From: Candidatus Micrarchaeota archaeon
Lineage (GTDB): Archaea > Micrarchaeota > Micrarchaeia > Anstonellales > J096
Direction of reading: 5' to 3'
DNA: 56,257 nucleotides
Assembly: GCA_030550115.1 (NCBI GenBank)
Contig: JAUQPY010000013.1
Coordinates: 1-56,257 of the forward strand
Shown one piece after another: positions 53,797 through 56,257 of the stretch. Below the pieces are notes generated by a model. The model saw nothing but the letters and a program-made list of their open reading frames with translations, had not been told where the DNA came from and did not search any database. The position numbers and the translations under genes are program-made. Positions within the stretch are counted from its first letter, which is position 1. Each line of letters begins with the position of its first letter.

Positions 53797-54693
53797 TTAT
53801 ATCTTTATATTATATTCTATATTTCCCGAATCCATTCTTTTTAGAGTGATCTTCATACCATCTCTTGCAACTACAATAGGAATGTCACTATTACCTACTT
53901 TAGATGTTATATCCTCATCTCTCCAAGATTCATATTTGTTACTGATATGAGTTAGAATCAGAAGTTTGGCACCTAGTAATCTAGCCATCTCCCTAGCTTG
54001 TAATGCAGTAGAATGTTTCTTATCTTTAGCTTCTTTATCTTCATCCAAGAAAGTACTGTCGTGTATAACTACATCAGCATGCTCTATAATATTCACTAGA
54101 TCGGGATAGAACATACTATCGCCTGTGTATAGAATTCTAATCCCTGCCTGTATATAAGTGATCTCATCTATCTTTACTATATTATCACCTTTTATTGTAT
54201 ATCCCTTGCTCTTCAGATTGATGAAATCCCTATCATTTAATTCCTTTATTCTCTCGGGTATAAACTTTCTAATACCTTTGCTCTCAAACACAAACCCATA
54301 AGAATTTTTCATGTGTTTTACTCTGAATGCATCTATCCTGTAGTTTTCTGAATCAACGAGAGTCCTGGCCCTGATGAATTTAAATGGGAACTCACTAGCT
54401 ATATAAGGTATTCTATCTGGAAGATATATCTCAGGTAATTCTATACCATAAACTTTATACGTTTCTACTAACCCATATAAACCTAGAAAGTGATCTATGT
54501 GTAAGTGGCTTATGAATATTCTACGGATTTTACCCAAGCCTAGACCGTATCTGAGAATCTGTCTCTGTGTCCCCTCACCCACATCAAACAGATTTATATC
54601 TCCGGATCTTAGATCTTTTATGCTGATTGATGGGAAGTTCCTAGTAAGAGACGGGATTCCAGATGAAGTTCCTAAGAATTGTATTTCAATCAT
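53797..54693 (-). CDS. rnz: Ribonuclease Z (tRNA 3' endonuclease)
   Basis: IQFLGTSSGIPS..R....I......LFDVGEGTQRQI...ISHLHIDHFLGL, with a C-terminal ..HDSTF...H.T.... Confidence 0.85.
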   Translation of the reverse strand: MIEIQFLGTSSGIPSLTRNFPSISIKDLRSGDINLFDVGEGTQRQILRYGLGLGKIRRIFISHLHIDHFLGLYGLVETYKVYGIELPEIYLPDRIPYIASEFPFKFIRARTLVDSENYRIDAFRVKHMKNSYGFVFESKGIRKFIPERIKELNDRDFINLKSKGYTIKGDNIVKIDEITYIQAGIRILYTGDSMFYPDLVNIIEHADVVIHDSTFLDEDKEAKDKKHSTALQAREMARLLGAKLLILTHISNKYESWRDEDITSKVGNSDIPIVVARDGMKITLKRMDSGNIEYNIKI

Positions 54694-55963
54694 CTAGAGA
54701 CACTACCCTGATGTTCTTATTATTCTTACCTAGCTTGGATTTTATAGTATATTTTGCATTAGGATTGGTTATTCCTAAGTATTCTGCATTTGTAGATGCA
54801 ATCGTGGATATCACGCTATCAGGTATTAATCCATCTATGTAAATTGCCATAACCTCCTGAGATTTCTCCTTAAGTTTAGGAATTATATTTTTCATATCTG
54901 TAATTTCTGTATTGTTATCTCGGTATAGAATTAGAGCCTGTTTCTTACCGATTATACTCGATAGATAAGATGCATGATTGATCTGGGGTTTTGTCGTGTC
55001 TGCAGTAGTCTGCTCAGCAATCTGCTCTGGCTTGTCTTCAGTATCCTCTGGCTCATTCTGTTCAGTCTCTTTGAGTATTGAATCTATCAATTGATATAAA
55101 TTATCTCTGTTACTGAAGTCTATGGATCCGACATATCTTTTCTTTCTCAGAGCTGTATGGATCTCCTTACCAACCAGTTCTTCAACTTCTTTACCAGCAG
55201 GAGCCTGAGCGATGTAATCGATTTTTACACCTCTGCTTATTAGGTTCTCAGCTACTTTCTTAGCACCATTATCCCCATCCAGGAACAATATCACCTCTTT
55301 TTTATTAGCTATCTCCTTGATCTTATCAGGAATTACATCGGATACTCCTCCTACAGATACTACATTCTTAATACCATAATATACTAGATTCTGTACATCA
55401 GCTTTACCCTCTACAAATATTATATTATCCTGAAGATCATATTCTTTATGAGCTACTATTTTATCATTCCCTGGAACTAATTGTATTATATTCTTCTTTG
55501 CTATATGCTCTCTAAGCTCCTTCTCTATCTCACCAACATCAATCTGTTTCTCCTCTAAGAATTTCTGCAATAATTCTTTAGCTCTGTTCTTAATTTTAGC
55601 ACGTTTCTCCTGTCTAGTATCAGATATTTTCTCCACAGTAAAGACGGCTGAATGAGGCCCTACTTTATCTATGGTTTCCAGAGCTGCTGCTATTATAACA
55701 GTTTTTTCTATATCCAAGCTAGAAGGTAAATTAAAGATAGCTGTAGTGGTGTTGTTAACTGGAGAATAGGTGATCTGACCCTCTGGTTCTAATCTACCTA
55801 TCTTAGCGTGTTCTTGCAGATTTCTGAGATCCATATCCTTACCTAGCAATCCTTCAGTCTGACCAAATACTGCTCCTATGATGTCATCTTTACTAGCTTT
55901 TCCTTTAACCTCTACCAATACTCTTATCATATACTTCTGGTTATCCATATATGTTTTTGCCAT
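54686..55963 (-). CDS. dnaG: Archaeal DnaG-type primase/exosome-associated TOPRIM protein
   Basis: N-terminal ..VEVKGKASKDDIIGAVFGQTEGLLGKDMDLRNLQ... TOPRIM motifs IFVEGKADVQNL and LFLDGDNGAKK. An SD-like GAGGTGA lies 6 nt upstream. Confidence 0.85.
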   Translation of the reverse strand: MAKTYMDNQKYMIRVLVEVKGKASKDDIIGAVFGQTEGLLGKDMDLRNLQEHAKIGRLEPEGQITYSPVNNTTTAIFNLPSSLDIEKTVIIAAALETIDKVGPHSAVFTVEKISDTRQEKRAKIKNRAKELLQKFLEEKQIDVGEIEKELREHIAKKNIIQLVPGNDKIVAHKEYDLQDNIIFVEGKADVQNLVYYGIKNVVSVGGVSDVIPDKIKEIANKKEVILFLDGDNGAKKVAENLISRGVKIDYIAQAPAGKEVEELVGKEIHTALRKKRYVGSIDFSNRDNLYQLIDSILKETEQNEPEDTEDKPEQIAEQTTADTTKPQINHASYLSSIIGKKQALILYRDNNTEITDMKNIIPKLKEKSQEVMAIYIDGLIPDSVISTIASTNAEYLGITNPNAKYTIKSKLGKNNKNIRVVSLDD

Positions 55964-55997
55964 AATCTTTCACCTCGTAAATATAATCTCTATACTA

Positions 55998-56052
55998 CCG
56001 AGCAGTGTTGACCGGATTCATCACCCACCTCCGATCGGCCATCCCTGCTCGG
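55998..56052 (-). other. GC-rich two-tier hairpin in the CBS-dnaG spacer
   Basis: The outer stem is CCGAGCAG/CTGCTCGG. In the gene-sense RNA the inner stem is GAUCGGA/UCCGGUC, closing the loop GGUGGGUGAUGAA. Confidence 0.5.
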
Positions 56053-56056
56053 CGAA

Positions 56057-56257
56057 TTATTTATTTGATAATATCTTAAAAACATCATCTTTCTCTATAA
56101 CCCCTATTAATTCAGATGTGTTCTTATCAACTATAACAATCGTCTGGATAGGATGCTGATTGAATGCATTAATGGCATCATCTATTGTCATCTCTGGAAA
56201 CAGAACTATGAGGGGATGACTCATAACCTCTCTGATCTTAGTACTATATGGTTTCTG
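56057..56257 (-). CDS. CBS-domain protein, C-terminal fragment (5' end outside the window)
   Basis: My own translation of the minus strand gives QKPYSTKIREVMSHPLIVLFPEMTIDDAINAFNQHPIQTIVIVDKNTSELIGVIEKDDVFKILSNK*, a typical CBS repeat. Confidence 0.65.
   Translation of the reverse strand, partial: QKPYSTKIREVMSHPLIVLFPEMTIDDAINAFNQHPIQTIVIVDKNTSELIGVIEKDDVFKILSNK

Noticed and set aside
55878-56159. Track ORF 55878..56159 (+)
   Set aside because: It runs antisense across the dnaG start, the GC-rich hairpin and the CBS-domain gene end. The CBS reading on the minus strand is clearly the real one.

Overview
Archaeal chromosome segment. It is very AT-rich (roughly 30% G+C by eye, not computed), and the stable RNA genes stand out as GC-rich islands. 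The archaeal markers are TBP, two TFE copies, MBF1, RpoF, Alba, aTrm56, archaeal DnaG, FEN1, Pelota, class I CCA-adding enzyme, S8e/L21e and class III signal-peptide pilins. Other traits are an unlinked 16S rRNA gene, an intron-containing tRNA, dense overlapping genes, shortened housekeeping proteins and many ORFans. Together these suggest a small-genome, DPANN-like archaeon; this is inference, since no database search was possible.

Supported content: one 16S rRNA gene with a flanking processing helix and no 23S or 5S nearby; five tRNAs (Lys-UUU, Phe-GAA, Leu-CAA with a ~14-nt intron, Glu-UUC, Leu-UAA); about 65 protein genes; and one 55-codon gene (Sec61-beta-like) that falls below the ORF-track cutoff.

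Most notable accessory or unexplained content:
- A tandem array of divergent HExxH...E(L/M)FA zincin paralogs immediately downstream of the 16S gene. It ends in a motif-dead copy, and a fourth active-looking copy lies at 15.2 kb.
- Two paralogous large surface proteins (one truncated by the window edge) that share an unusual conserved domain after the membrane anchor.
- A 618-nt AT-rich divergent intergenic region. It has a perfect 13-bp palindrome placed symmetrically before both flanking genes, plus five copies of a 16-nt motif (CTTTTAAAGTAAACTA) in both orientations.
- A GC-rich imperfect inverted repeat enclosing a palindrome-rich AT core, between convergent genes at 38.4 kb.
- A 4-kb ORFan block, tandem TFE paralogs, a frameshifted glycosyltransferase, a type IV pilus-like locus coupled to an ACT-domain gene, and truncated Nop5 and NFACT proteins.

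I found no CRISPR array, transposase, integrase or reverse transcriptase. All protein family calls come from motif recognition by eye and need HMM or structure confirmation.
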